Shown piece after piece: positions 17,485-27,700 of a stretch of DNA of 64,000 nt (positions within the stretch are counted from its first letter, which is position 1; every line of letters begins with the position of its first letter). This DNA comes from a virus. The stretch is from the IMG/VR virus record IMGVR_UViG_3300031999_000009, positions 1 to 64,000 of that record; one strand, written 5' to 3'. The position numbers and the translations under genes are program-made. The notes below the pieces were generated by a model that searched no databases, had not been told where the DNA came from, and worked only from the letters and a program-made list of their open reading frames with translations.

Positions 17485-18408
17485 ATGCCGCTGATTACCC
17501 AAGTCAAGTTTGACCAGCTGTTGACGAACATCTCCGTCCAGTTCGCCTCAGCGCCCGAGGGCTACCTCGCGGATTCCGTGCTTCCGCCGGTGCCGGTCCT
17601 GAAGGAGTCGGCGGCCTACTGGGTCTACGACAAGTCGCGTCTCGATGCGCCGGACTCCAAGCGCGCGCCGCGCTCGGACTACAACCGGATCGACTGGAAC
17701 GTGACCACGGACACCTACCTGGCCGAGCAGTATGGCCTCGAAGGTGAGATCGACGACGAGGAACGGAAGAACGCCGCCTCGCCGTTGGACCTCGACGTGG
17801 ACACGACCGAGATCGTCACCGACATGGTGCTCAACAACCGCGAGCTGCGCGTGCAGGCGCTGGTCATGTCGACGGGCACCATCACGCAGAACACGACGCT
17901 GGCCGGCGTCAACCAGTGGTCGGACCCCGCGTCGGACCCCCTCGGCGACGTGAAGACGGGTCGCACGACCATCTACACGGGCGCGCCGGGCTACACGCCC
18001 AACACGTTCCTGTTCGGTTACCTGGTGTTCGAAGGGCTGAAGATTCACCCCGACATCAAGGAAATCGTGAAATACACGGAGCGCGCGATCATCACGCGCC
18101 AGATCCTCGCCGCCGTCTTCGAAGTGGACGAGGTGCTGATCGGCAAGGTGATTCGCCGGTCTTCGAAGGAAGGCGTCGCGGACGCGTTCACGGACGTGTG
18201 GGGCAAGGACGCGCTCCTGTTCTACAAGGAACAGCGCCCGAGCCTGAAGCGTGCGTCCCTCGGCTACCAGATGCGCCAGAACGATCTGCGCGCCTTCCGG
18301 TATCGCGAGGACAAGCGCGACACGGACGTCATCCGCATCAGCGAGAAGCAGGACGAGAAGATCGTGTCCGCGCCGCTCGGCTATCTGATCAAGGCCGCGG
18401 TCGCGTAA
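17485..18408 (+). CDS. Major capsid protein (HK97 fold)
   Basis: DQLLTNISV, YLADSVLP.VPV, QWSD..SDP..D, DVWGKD, GYLIKAAV. Confidence 0.88.
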   Translation: MPLITQVKFDQLLTNISVQFASAPEGYLADSVLPPVPVLKESAAYWVYDKSRLDAPDSKRAPRSDYNRIDWNVTTDTYLAEQYGLEGEIDDEERKNAASPLDLDVDTTEIVTDMVLNNRELRVQALVMSTGTITQNTTLAGVNQWSDPASDPLGDVKTGRTTIYTGAPGYTPNTFLFGYLVFEGLKIHPDIKEIVKYTERAIITRQILAAVFEVDEVLIGKVIRRSSKEGVADAFTDVWGKDALLFYKEQRPSLKRASLGYQMRQNDLRAFRYREDKRDTDVIRISEKQDEKIVSAPLGYLIKAAVA

Positions 18409-18417
18409 GAGCTCGCC

Positions 18418-18843
18418 ATGCTCTGTAAGCTGCGTTCCGCGCTCAAGTTCGAAGATGACGGCTTCCGGCACCTGCCGGGGGCCGTCGTCGACATTCCTGA
18501 GCACATCTTTGCGGCGTTGCCGGAGGGCACCGCCGTGCCCTTCGTCGAACCAACCGAAATCCGTGACGACGGGCCCACGCTCGAAGAGTATCTGGCGGCT
18601 GGCTACACCGAGGCAGGCTACCCACCGCCCGGCTACACCGTTCGCGATTCGCCGGGCATGGATGCGTTGCGCGCGACCCGCAAGGCCGACGCCTTGAAGT
18701 CCGCGCAGGCACGTGTGGCCGTGGTCGCTCCGGTGCTGCCGGTGGACGTGCCGGCGGACGTGCCGGAAGAGGTCGAGGCTCAGCCCGCTGACGCTGTCGA
18801 TCCTGCCGACGCAGAGGATGCCATCGCTGAGCAGACGGGATAG
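18418..18843 (+). CDS. Hypothetical head-associated protein
   Basis: Follows the major capsid gene; GPTLEEYLAAGY...YPPPGY. Confidence 0.65.
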   Translation: MLCKLRSALKFEDDGFRHLPGAVVDIPEHIFAALPEGTAVPFVEPTEIRDDGPTLEEYLAAGYTEAGYPPPGYTVRDSPGMDALRATRKADALKSAQARVAVVAPVLPVDVPADVPEEVEAQPADAVDPADAEDAIAEQTG

Positions 18844-18846
18844 CGT

Positions 18847-19308
18847 ATGGCATACGCCACTCTCGACGATGTCCAGCGACGGATGCCGCAGTTTCAGCTG
18901 ACGGCCACCTCGAAGCCGTCTACTGAACCCGCACAAGTCTTCCTCGACGACACGCACGCCCAGTTCGACTCCGCGATGGAGAACTTGGGCTACGTCGTGC
19001 CGATCACTGGCGAGCGGGCGCTCGCGCAGTGTAAGGAAATCGTCTGCCAGGGCACGATCGCTAAGATTCTCTACGCGCGCGCCGCCGCGGTGGGCACCGA
19101 CGTTGCGGTGCACAGCGCTGACCGTGCGCAGCGGCAATACGACGACTCGCTGAAGAATCTGGCGAACGAGGCCAGCCCGATCGACCTGAAGGACGCAGTG
19201 CGCACGTCCGACGAAATGGCCAAGACCGGCGTAGGCCCGATGGGGTTGACGGTGGATGACAACGGCGACGCCATCACGGCACGCGCCACCATGGATCAGA
19301 ACTTCTAA
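18847..19308 (+). CDS. Head-tail adaptor (Mu gp36-like)
   Basis: MAYATLDDV N-terminus, GYVVPI; synteny. Confidence 0.75.
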   Translation: MAYATLDDVQRRMPQFQLTATSKPSTEPAQVFLDDTHAQFDSAMENLGYVVPITGERALAQCKEIVCQGTIAKILYARAAAVGTDVAVHSADRAQRQYDDSLKNLANEASPIDLKDAVRTSDEMAKTGVGPMGLTVDDNGDAITARATMDQNF

Positions 19309-19811
19309 TGGGCATCCTCCTGACCTTCTCCGTGACCGGCGCCGAATCGGTGCAAAAGGGCCTGGCGGCTATTCAGGCGGCCGTGCAAGACCTGACGCCG
19401 TTCTGGAAAGACGTGTTCGCGCCGAAGTATTTCGCGCTTGTGCAGGACCAGTTCAACACCGGTGGTCGCCCGCGCGGCGAAGGTGGTCGGTTCAGTGGTG
19501 GCGCGTGGGCTCGCTTGTCACCGAAGTATGCAGCCTGGAAGAAAGTGCACTATCCAGGCGCGAAGATTCTGCAGCGCACGGGCGATTTGCAGGAATCGCT
19601 TCGGTGGAACGGCAACGACCTCGGCAACGGTGGGATCTTCGACGCGCAGCCCTCGTTCGTGATTGCCGGCACGTCGGTGCCGTATGGCCGGTATCACCAG
19701 GATGGCACGGGCTCGATGCCGGCGAGGCAGTTCATGCCGCAGCCTGATCCGGCAGTGTTCGCGCCGCTGATGCTGAAGTGGATTCTGAAGGCGCAGGCCG
19801 GTGCAGCTTGA
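19308..19811 (+). CDS. Virion morphogenesis/tail completion protein (Mu gpG-like)
   Basis: WARLSPKY, ILQRTGDL, GTSVPYGRYHQ.G..MPARQF. Confidence 0.85.
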   Translation: MGILLTFSVTGAESVQKGLAAIQAAVQDLTPFWKDVFAPKYFALVQDQFNTGGRPRGEGGRFSGGAWARLSPKYAAWKKVHYPGAKILQRTGDLQESLRWNGNDLGNGGIFDAQPSFVIAGTSVPYGRYHQDGTGSMPARQFMPQPDPAVFAPLMLKWILKAQAGAA

Positions 19812-20278
19812 ACCACATTACGCAGGCGAAGCGCAAGCTGCGGGATTTGTTCCTGTTGCAGCTTCCCGGCAAGTTGGCGGCAGCGGACGGTGCCGCGGCC
19901 GACGGGATTTCGACACCGGTGCCCTACGAGATTCACACGACGGACAAAGTGGATCTCGGCGGGATGCCATCGCTCGAGTTGATCGTAACGGATTCGTCGC
20001 CGACCAAGGACAGCTACGCGCAGATTGTCAGGCACCGCGTCGTGGTTGGCGTCTCGCTCGGTGGCGACACCGAGGAAGTCATATCGGCACAGATCGAACG
20101 CTACATCTGGGCGTTGCGGCAAATCTGTCGGGACACGCACTTGACGCCTATCGAGGGCACGGGGCCGCTGGACACCGGTGGCGAGCAATACACGCCGTTG
20201 CAGCAGCGCCCAGGAACGGTGGAATCGCCCTTCGTGAAAGGCGCATTCATCGAAGTCTTTGTCACGACTGTTGAGTAG
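19808..20278 (+). CDS. Putative tail terminator
   Basis: Position between the completion and tube genes; ~156 aa. Confidence 0.55.
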   Translation: MNHITQAKRKLRDLFLLQLPGKLAAADGAAADGISTPVPYEIHTTDKVDLGGMPSLELIVTDSSPTKDSYAQIVRHRVVVGVSLGGDTEEVISAQIERYIWALRQICRDTHLTPIEGTGPLDTGGEQYTPLQQRPGTVESPFVKGAFIEVFVTTVE

Positions 20279-20286
20279 GAGAAACC

Positions 20287-20625
20287 ATGGCGCTTCTGAC
20301 ACCGTTGGTTCCCGTCATCACCGGCCCACTGCTTGGCGCAGTGGCCGCGGCTGGCGGTGGTGATTCGTTCTCCAACACGGGGAAAGAGCTGTTTTACGTC
20401 AAGAACGCCAGCGGCGGCGCCATCACCGTGACGTTCGACTCGCCTGCCACATGCTCGTTCGCAGGCGCGGCCCTCGCCGCGCATGACAACTCGGTCAGCG
20501 TTGGCGCGGCCGAGGAGCGTCTCATTGGCCCGTTCCCGGCGGTGCGCTTCAACGATGGCAGCGGCAACGTCATCGTCACTTACTCGGGCGTCACGTCGCT
20601 GACGGTCGCCGTCATCCGGCCATAA
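20287..20625 (+). CDS. Small virion protein, paralog A
   Basis: AAAGGGDSFSNTG...IGPFP..RFND. Confidence 0.75.
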   Translation: MALLTPLVPVITGPLLGAVAAAGGGDSFSNTGKELFYVKNASGGAITVTFDSPATCSFAGAALAAHDNSVSVGAAEERLIGPFPAVRFNDGSGNVIVTYSGVTSLTVAVIRP

Positions 20626-20635
20626 GGGGACATTC

Positions 20636-20998
20636 ATGGCAATTCTTGCAGTCCAAAAGCCCGTCCTGGCTGGCGCCACGCTGTCACTCGCAGCGGCGGC
20701 GGCCGGTGGGGACTCGTTTCCGAACACCGGGGTCGAGTATTTCCAGATCCTGAACTCCCACGCGACGTTGCCGCGCACGGTGACGTTCGATTCGCCTGGC
20801 ACGTGCAATTTCGGGTTGGCTGCGAATGCCGCGCACGACATGGCGGTCGTGGTGCCTGGCGTGAGCGGCGCCCCCGCCAATCGCGTGGTCATTGGACCCT
20901 TTCCTGTGGGCCGCTTCAACGACGGCAACTCCAGGGTTCAGGTCACCTACAGCGATGCGGCTGCGGATCTCACGGTCGCCGTGCAAGGGGCGGCGTAG
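20636..20998 (+). CDS. Small virion protein, paralog B
   Basis: AAAGGDSFPNTG...IGPFP..RFND; tandem duplicate of 20287. Confidence 0.75.
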   Translation: MAILAVQKPVLAGATLSLAAAAAGGDSFPNTGVEYFQILNSHATLPRTVTFDSPGTCNFGLAANAAHDMAVVVPGVSGAPANRVVIGPFPVGRFNDGNSRVQVTYSDAAADLTVAVQGAA

Positions 20999-21000
20999 TC

Positions 21001-21282
21001 ATGCCGTTCTACCGTGTCCGCGACGGTCATCGACTCGGCCACAACGGTCAGACGTTGGAAGCCGGGACGGTGATCGAGGTGTCGACCTACATCGGTCGCG
21101 AAGTCGCGGAGAAGTTGGAGCCATGCACTGCGGAAGGTGAAGGGCTTGGCCACCTGTCACCTGCCGATTTGCTGGTGGCGCAAGCGGCTCCGCACGAGCG
21201 AGCGTCGTTGATGCCACCGGCTGCGGTGCCCACGATAACCAAGGCGAAGGCTCCGGTCGAGACGGACTCGATCAAGTCGTAA
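21001..21282 (+). CDS. Hypothetical protein
   Basis: MPFYRVRDG... Confidence 0.6.
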   Translation: MPFYRVRDGHRLGHNGQTLEAGTVIEVSTYIGREVAEKLEPCTAEGEGLGHLSPADLLVAQAAPHERASLMPPAAVPTITKAKAPVETDSIKS

Positions 21283-21308
21283 CGCGCCAAGTCTGACGGA
21301 GACGATAC

Positions 21309-21887
21309 ATGGCTCAATCACCAGCAAACATCCACATTGGCGCTGCGAGACTCTTCCTGGGCATCACAGCGCCGGCGACCGGCACGCCTCCGACGCTGAT
21401 GACGCACACGGATGGTGTGCCAGCGACGGGCATCGAGGCCGGCTACACGCAGGACGCGGCGACGTTCACCTACAAGCAGAACAAGCAAGAGGTGACCGCC
21501 GAGCAGTCGCTGAACCCGGTTGACGTCTTCGTGCTGAACGAAGAAATCTCGATCGAGTTCACTGCGATGGAACACGTCTACAACACGCTGAAGACGGCGT
21601 TCGACAACGTCGGCACGGTGGATGACGTGAACAAGTCGCTGTTCTACGGCGGCGATGGCGCCGGCCTCGTCAGCGTGACGACGCAGGCGGTCATGCTGTC
21701 CTCGCGTATCCGCACGGCGCCCACCAAGTTCGAGATCCTGGTGCTCTACCGGGTCTACAACATGGAAGGCATCATCATGCCGTATGCGCGGACGACGCCG
21801 GCCGTCTACAAGATCATGCTCAAGGGCCTGGTCGACACCACGAGGAACGCGGGCGACCGTTCGTTCCAGTGGTTCAAAGAGAAGTAA
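21309..21887 (+). CDS. Major tail tube protein
   Basis: NIHIGAARLF, GYTQDAATFTY; size and synteny. Confidence 0.75.
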   Translation: MAQSPANIHIGAARLFLGITAPATGTPPTLMTHTDGVPATGIEAGYTQDAATFTYKQNKQEVTAEQSLNPVDVFVLNEEISIEFTAMEHVYNTLKTAFDNVGTVDDVNKSLFYGGDGAGLVSVTTQAVMLSSRIRTAPTKFEILVLYRVYNMEGIIMPYARTTPAVYKIMLKGLVDTTRNAGDRSFQWFKEK

Positions 21888-21898
21888 GCTCTCCTCGT

Positions 21899-21930
21899 GG
21901 TGGCCGGCGTGGATGCCGGCCACCGTCTTT
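21899..21930 (+). terminator. Putative intrinsic terminator or stabilising hairpin after the tail tube gene
   Basis: GGTGGCCGGC-N6-GCCGGCCACC followed by GTCTTT. Confidence 0.5.
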
Positions 21931-21999
21931 CGTCCTGAGCAGCTCAGCTCTTTCTGGGCATTTCGGGTTGATTCGCCGCCCGAATAAAGGAGTCAGTTC

Positions 22000-22365
22000 A
22001 TGGGTATCACCAACAAGCAGCGTGGTCGGCAGATTTTCGAGGGCGGCGCATCGACGCAGCCTCAGAAGGCATACGCGGCGGATGGCGCGATCAGCGCGCA
22101 CCGCGACGAAATCGCGTTGCTCACGAAGGCAGGCGTCGGCGCCTACACGCTGGCCGCGCCCACGCGTGACAACATCCGCCTGACGATCATCAACCGGACA
22201 GCCAACGCGCATGTGGTGACGGCGACCGGCCTGCTCGATGATGGCGTGGTCGGCGGCTCGAAGAACACCATCACCATGCCCGCGTTCGCTGGCGGGTCCG
22301 CCGAGCTCGTCTCGCATGGCGGCAAGTGGAACACGGTGGCGCTCAAGGCTTCCGTCGTCGCGTAA
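22000..22365 (+). CDS. Putative virion structural protein
   Basis: AAGGAG RBS; beta-rich. Confidence 0.7.
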   Translation: MGITNKQRGRQIFEGGASTQPQKAYAADGAISAHRDEIALLTKAGVGAYTLAAPTRDNIRLTIINRTANAHVVTATGLLDDGVVGGSKNTITMPAFAGGSAELVSHGGKWNTVALKASVVA

Positions 22366-22377
22366 TAGAGGAGCCAC

Positions 22378-22800
22378 ATGGCAGCCAGCACCATCAAAGC
22401 GTCGGCCGTGCAGGCCGGCGCTGGAACTGTTCTCGGATCGGCGATTGCGCTGAATCCAGCAATTACCTCCGGGCGGTTCGTCCTCGACGTGACCGCCGCG
22501 GCGACGCTTGCTGGGGACACGCTCGACGTGTTCGTGCAGACCTCCAGCGACGGTGGCGTGACCTACGACGACTTCGTGCACTTCACGCAGGTGCTGGGCA
22601 ACGGCGGCGTGAAGACCTTCATCGCGCAATGGTCACGTGACATTGCGCCGACGTCAGCGCTGCACGCACGGCAAGATGGCGTGGTGTCGGCTGGCGTGTT
22701 GCAAGGCGCGCTCGGGTCATTCATTCGCGCGAAGTCGGTGACGGTTGGCACGGGCAGTTTCACGTTCGCGGTGACGGCAGACCTGCTGCGCCAGAGGTAG
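22378..22800 (+). CDS. Putative virion structural protein
   Basis: LDVFVQTSSDGGVTYDD motif; GAGGAG RBS. Confidence 0.7.
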   Translation: MAASTIKASAVQAGAGTVLGSAIALNPAITSGRFVLDVTAAATLAGDTLDVFVQTSSDGGVTYDDFVHFTQVLGNGGVKTFIAQWSRDIAPTSALHARQDGVVSAGVLQGALGSFIRAKSVTVGTGSFTFAVTADLLRQR

Positions 22801-22803
22801 GCG

Positions 22804-23331
22804 ATGGGCACGCATCGACGGAGCGCCCGCGCTCTCCTCGACGTGCCTGCTGGCTGGGCAGTCATGCGGCAAAGCATGATTGTCCTCACCGACGCCCAAA
22901 TTAAAGCTCTCCCAACAACAGGCATTGAAGTGGTTCCCGCTCGTTCGGGGATCACGCACATCGTTTCGCCTCCCTTGAGCCAGTGGTGGGTGGACACAAC
23001 GGCAGGTGTTTACGCGACAGCCGCGGCGGCATCGTGGTCGTTGTTGGTCGGCCCCAACGAAGTGACTGGCTCCGCGTTGGTGCGGAACGCGCTACAGGCG
23101 GCGGGCATTTTCGGGCACCATTTCATCAGCGATGGCGATAACGGGGTTGGAGCGTTCAGCGGCACATTTGTCAGCAACTTCCACCCTTTCAGCGAGCGCG
23201 TCAACCAGCCGGTCCTCATTCGCGACTTCTTCGGCACCGTGGCAAACTACACGGGAGGGCACGCATCGAACCGGGCGCGCATTTGCGTGGCTTACCTCAG
23301 TTTCGACGAGACGCTCGGCGTCTACGTCTGA
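22804..23331 (+). CDS. Putative virion structural protein
   Basis: LTDAQIKALPTT.IE.VPA. Confidence 0.6.
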   Translation: MGTHRRSARALLDVPAGWAVMRQSMIVLTDAQIKALPTTGIEVVPARSGITHIVSPPLSQWWVDTTAGVYATAAAASWSLLVGPNEVTGSALVRNALQAAGIFGHHFISDGDNGVGAFSGTFVSNFHPFSERVNQPVLIRDFFGTVANYTGGHASNRARICVAYLSFDETLGVYV

Positions 23332-23347
23332 TGTTCCACGTGAAACA
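23332..23347. promoter_or_regulatory. parS site
   Basis: TGTTCCACGTGAAACA matches the chromosomal parS consensus TGTTNCACGTGAAACA; intergenic. Confidence 0.8.
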
Positions 23348-23367
23348 ATCGCGTTAGACTGGTCCTT

Positions 23368-23973
23368 GTGACCTTCGTCTTCCGCAACGGCGTCGTTCTT
23401 CCCGTCCCACCAGGCTACGCCGAAGACCCTGACCACCAGGCGCTTGTCGCCAAGCTATCCACCACGAACAGCTACGCAGAAGCCGTAGCGGTCCTTGGGG
23501 GCGCCCCACTTTCGTCATGGCTCGCGGCCGACCTGCTCACCGGCGCGCCATGGGCTCGCCGCTTCTTGAACACCACGGCACGGCTGTGGTCACAGGACAG
23601 GAAACTGGCCGAATCGGGCATCCGCGCCATGATGCGCGTGCTGTCGGGGCAAGAATCGAAGGCTGGGCGGCACCGAACACTGCCGTTGACGCCGGCTGAA
23701 CAGACTCTGGCGACCTCGGCCGTGGCCGCCTGGCGCGTATTGGTGGATGCCGCCTGGTCTACAGACCGCCCCGGACTGGCCCAGGCGCTCGCCAGGCACG
23801 CGAACGCCAGGTTCAAGCTCTCCAAGGCCCACGGGAAGGCGCTCGTGGCCCTGACGAGGCGCAGGCGGCTCAGACGCGCCGACGTGGTCGTGGCCTTGGC
23901 CTCGTGGGAAACGGGGATACCCGCCAGGCGCCTTGGACCTCCACAAGCCGTCGCCGACCTGATCTACGGCTGA
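23368..23973 (+). CDS. Hypothetical protein inserted in the tail operon
   Basis: 201-aa Arg/Ala-rich ORF bracketed by parS and a 16-bp palindrome. Confidence 0.55.
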   Translation: MTFVFRNGVVLPVPPGYAEDPDHQALVAKLSTTNSYAEAVAVLGGAPLSSWLAADLLTGAPWARRFLNTTARLWSQDRKLAESGIRAMMRVLSGQESKAGRHRTLPLTPAEQTLATSAVAAWRVLVDAAWSTDRPGLAQALARHANARFKLSKAHGKALVALTRRRRLRRADVVVALASWETGIPARRLGPPQAVADLIYG

Positions 23974-23989
23974 TACCGCCGGCGGTATG
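23972..23989. repeat. 18-bp repeat containing the palindrome ATACCGCCGGCGGTAT, copy 1
   Basis: Identical to 52598-52615. Confidence 0.8.
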
Positions 23990-24082
23990 GCTGGCAACAA
24001 TTCTCGGGCAATTTCCGCCCACCCTTTCTTGCTCGACAATGAGGCTCTCAATGTCTGAGACGATTATGTCGAAGGAGAAGGT

Positions 24083-24601
24083 ATGAGCGACTTGAAGCTG
24101 CTGAACGCGCGGGCCCTGCGGCGAGAGAACGAAATCGAGGTTGACCTCGGCGATGGCACGATGGTCAAGGCACGAAAGATGGACATGACGCTGCTCGTGT
24201 TCGAGGGCCTCGTGCCGATGCCGATGCTGTCGGCGGTGCAGCGGATGTTCGACGATCCTGACGCGACGCCCACGGAGCAGGTCGAGAAGCTCGGCGACCA
24301 GGGGAAGCCCATGGTCGATCTTCTGCGCCGGCATGCGTCGATCGTCACGATCCAGCCGAAGATTTCCGTGGAGGACACGAACGATCCGGACACAATCCCG
24401 GCCTCCTATCTGAACATCCAACAACTCATGGCGATTTGGACTGCGACCGCTGTTGTGCCGACCTTCGGCACCAGCCAAGCCACGCGATTTCGTGGAGGAG
24501 CAGTCCCCGATGATGCTCCTGATGCACCAGCTGTCGAAGTCATACCAACGGGCACCGAGCTCGTGGTTGGTGGGCGACTCGTCGAATATATCGGTCAGTG
24601 A
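24083..24601 (+). CDS. Tail assembly chaperone (gpG-like)
   Basis: AAGGAG RBS; upstream of the tape measure gene. Confidence 0.75.
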   Translation: MSDLKLLNARALRRENEIEVDLGDGTMVKARKMDMTLLVFEGLVPMPMLSAVQRMFDDPDATPTEQVEKLGDQGKPMVDLLRRHASIVTIQPKISVEDTNDPDTIPASYLNIQQLMAIWTATAVVPTFGTSQATRFRGGAVPDDAPDAPAVEVIPTGTELVVGGRLVEYIGQ

Positions 24602-24722
24602 GCAGGCGTTCGCGCTGGATTTCGATGCGGCGTGTCTGCACCTGGGTCTTGACGCCGAGCGAAAACTCAAAGAAGGTCAGAACAAGAACACGCGCACGAT
24701 TCGGCGCGTGATGGGGCGCTAA
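24489..24722 (+). CDS. Tail chaperone frameshift extension (gpT-like)
   Basis: Overlapping +1 frame FVEEQ...SYQRAPSSWL...FALDFDAAC starting at TTT CGT. Confidence 0.6.
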   Translation, partial: FVEEQSPMMLLMHQLSKSYQRAPSSWLVGDSSNISVSEQAFALDFDAACLHLGLDAERKLKEGQNKNTRTIRRVMGR

Positions 24723-24727
24723 GACCA

Positions 24728-27700
24728 ATGGCTGACGACGAAGTTCTTATCAAGATCGCGGCCGACATCGCGTCGGCGGTCGAAGGACTCAGCACGCTCA
24801 CTGAAAAGATGAGCGAGGTCGTCGGCCAGATCACGGACGTCGGCGCCAAGTCCGAAGAGGCCGAGGGCGCAACCAAGTCGTTCTGGGAAACCTGGGTCGG
24901 CGGGGCTGAGAACGGCACGACGGCGAGCGTGCTCTGGGGCGAGCAGATGTCCCAGGCGTTCGACACGCTGAAGGAGGGGGTCGGCAACGCCATCAAAGCG
25001 TTGCCGAACCTCGTCGCCAATTCGGCGGCGGTTGGCGACGAGCTCTTCACGATGTCGAACCGGCTGAACATCGCCGTGGGCAGCATTGGCGAGCTGGAAT
25101 ACATCGCTGGGCAGAGCGGGGCGTCGATGCAGGGCATGGCCCGCACGATTCAGACGCTGGGCACGTCCCTGTCGGACGTGGAAGGCAAGTCAGCGAAGGC
25201 TATTTCTGCGCTCGGCCTGAGCGTATCTGACCTCAAGAAACAGAAGCCAGAGGAGGCGTTCTACCAGATTCTCGACGCCATCAAGCAGACCGTCCCCGTT
25301 GCGGACCAGAGCGCGAAGGCGATGGAAATCTTCGGCGGTCGGTTCCGTGCGAACACGATGCTGCTGAAAGAGGACATCGCGGGACTCCGCGCGTCCTACA
25401 AACAGCTCGGCATGGCCGGCGAGGATCTGAACAAGCTGGCCGTCGAGGGCGATCGTTACTCGGACAACCTGAAGAACATCCAGCTGGTGCAGGACAGTTG
25501 GAAGAACAGCATCGCGAACGCGTTGCTGCCGACTATCAACGACCTCCTCGAAACGATGCCCGGCCTCGGCGGCGCGGTGCTGACGCTCGGCGAGGGGTTC
25601 ATGTCGACCGCTTCCAGCGTGCTTCCGCTACTGGGCAACGTCGCGCTCCTGAAGGGTAGCGGCTTGGCGACGTGGGCCATGGAAGCGGCGAGCGCGATCC
25701 CTGGCGTGACCACTGCCGCCACAGCCTTGAAGGGATCGCTTGGGTTCCTCGGCTCGGCGGTGGCGGTCGTTGGCGTGGCGTTCGCGGCCTGGGAAATCGG
25801 CAAGTGGATCTCGAACCTGCAACTCTTCAGTGGTGAGCTGAAGACGATGTCGCAGTGGGTCGAGTATGCCGGCGCCAAGACCCTGCAGTTCTTCGGGATT
25901 GCCGAGAAGACCAGTGATGCCGACCTAAAGCTTGCAATCTCCTCGCGCGCGGCCGGCGAGGCGCACAAGGACCAAGCTAAGGCCACGGCAGAGGTTGGTG
26001 CCGCTGCGGTCAAGGCGGTTGACGGATTCGCACAACTCAACGCTGCCACGGCGAAGACGAAAGCTGAATACGACGCGCTTCTGCCTACGCAGCGCGCGTC
26101 CATCAAAGCAGCGATTGAGCAAGGCGTCTCACTCAAGGACATCCACGACGCCACGCAAATCTCGACGGACGCTCTCACGCTCTTCAAGCAGGAAATGGAG
26201 AAGGCGAAGAAGGTATCCGACTCCGGCCCTCTCGGGAAATTCCTCAAGGAAGTGACGGACATGGCGCCGGCTATGAAGGCGGCCCTGGCGTCAGGCGCCA
26301 ACATGTCGTTGGTCGTCGAGCAATTCGGGAAAGCCGCCGACGATGTCGTGAAGAAGGCCACCCTGATCCCTGGTGCGCTGGAGAAGGTGCCAGTAGAGGT
26401 CAGGAAGATCGCGGATGAGTTCCAGAAAGCTGAACTCGCGAAAGTGATGGAGGGCATCCACAAGAAAACCATTGAGTTGGCGGCGGCGTTCCAAGAGAAG
26501 TTGCGCAAGGCTGCTGAAGAGACGATGAAGGCGATCAACGCCTCTGTGCTGGCCGCCTACACGAACATCGTCAAGATTGACGACGCGCTGGCGATCAGCG
26601 CCAAGACTGGCTCGGAGAAGCGCCTCGCCATCATCGCGAAGGCGCAACAGGACGAAGAGAACATCGCCAAGGGCCGGTATGGCGTAAGCGACGCGCTGCG
26701 AGAGAAAGAGCTCGACGCCATCAAGCGCAAGTATGACGAACAGCGAGCGCTGTCCGAGAAATACACCGGCGACGTCGTGCGCGATGCGGAACTGCGCGGC
26801 ATCAAGACCAAGGCTGAAGCCGAGAAGGAGCTTGCCGTAGAGCAGAAGGTGCTCGCCGACATGCTCGCTGCGCGTGGAGAGTTCACCTACAAAGATATCG
26901 AGAAACAGAAAGAAACCGTCAAGTCTGCCGAGGTTGCGGCCGGCAAGATGAAGGTCGACTGGGGCACGGCGCTTGACTCGATCAACGCGTCGTTCACGCA
27001 GATGGCCACGATCGCTGGTGGCTCCTTCGGCGGCATCTTGAAGGGCGTCGCTGAAGTTTCAAGCGGACTGGGCGTGATGAAGTCGTCGTTCGGCAGCGCG
27101 ATCGGGATGTTCAAGGGCGCTGGCGGGCTCGGAGGCATTGCTGGCTCGTTCAAGAATTTGAGCGGTGGCGTCGGCGGATTGATTGGCGGGATCACCAAGG
27201 GCCTCGGGACCGTCATGCCGATGGCTGGCGCGATCATCGCTGGCGTCGGCAGCGCGATCAAGGTTGGCAAGAAGCTCTTCGACGTGTTCAACAAAAGCGC
27301 GGGCGAGAAGGCAGCCAAGGAGGTTGGTAAGAACTTCGGCACGACAATCACCGAGGAAGCGGGTAACGCGATCGCGAAGACCGCGAAGGACATGTTCAAG
27401 GGCGACCGCTTCGCCGCGTCGATCTACGAGATGAACTCCATCATCCAGACGGCCGGTGGCATCACCGAGAAGAACTTCTCGCAGATGACCGCTCGCCTGC
27501 GTGACGTGTTCTCGATGGTCGAGACTGGGAAGTTCACCGTCGAGCAGGCAACGAAGGTGCTTGAGGAGAACTTCGGCGCGTTCGCCGACTACGTCACGAG
27601 TTCTGGCAAGGTTGCCTCGAAGGAATTCACCGACATCATCGCGCTCAACGCGAAGTTCGGCACGCAGTCCAAGCAGGTCATGGACTTCGTGGCTGGCCAG

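Noticed and set aside
3261-19137. Long minus-strand ORFs (for example 3261-4775, 15173-16816, 17548-19137)
   Set aside because: Shadow ORFs antisense to well-supported high-GC genes, with no recognisable motifs.
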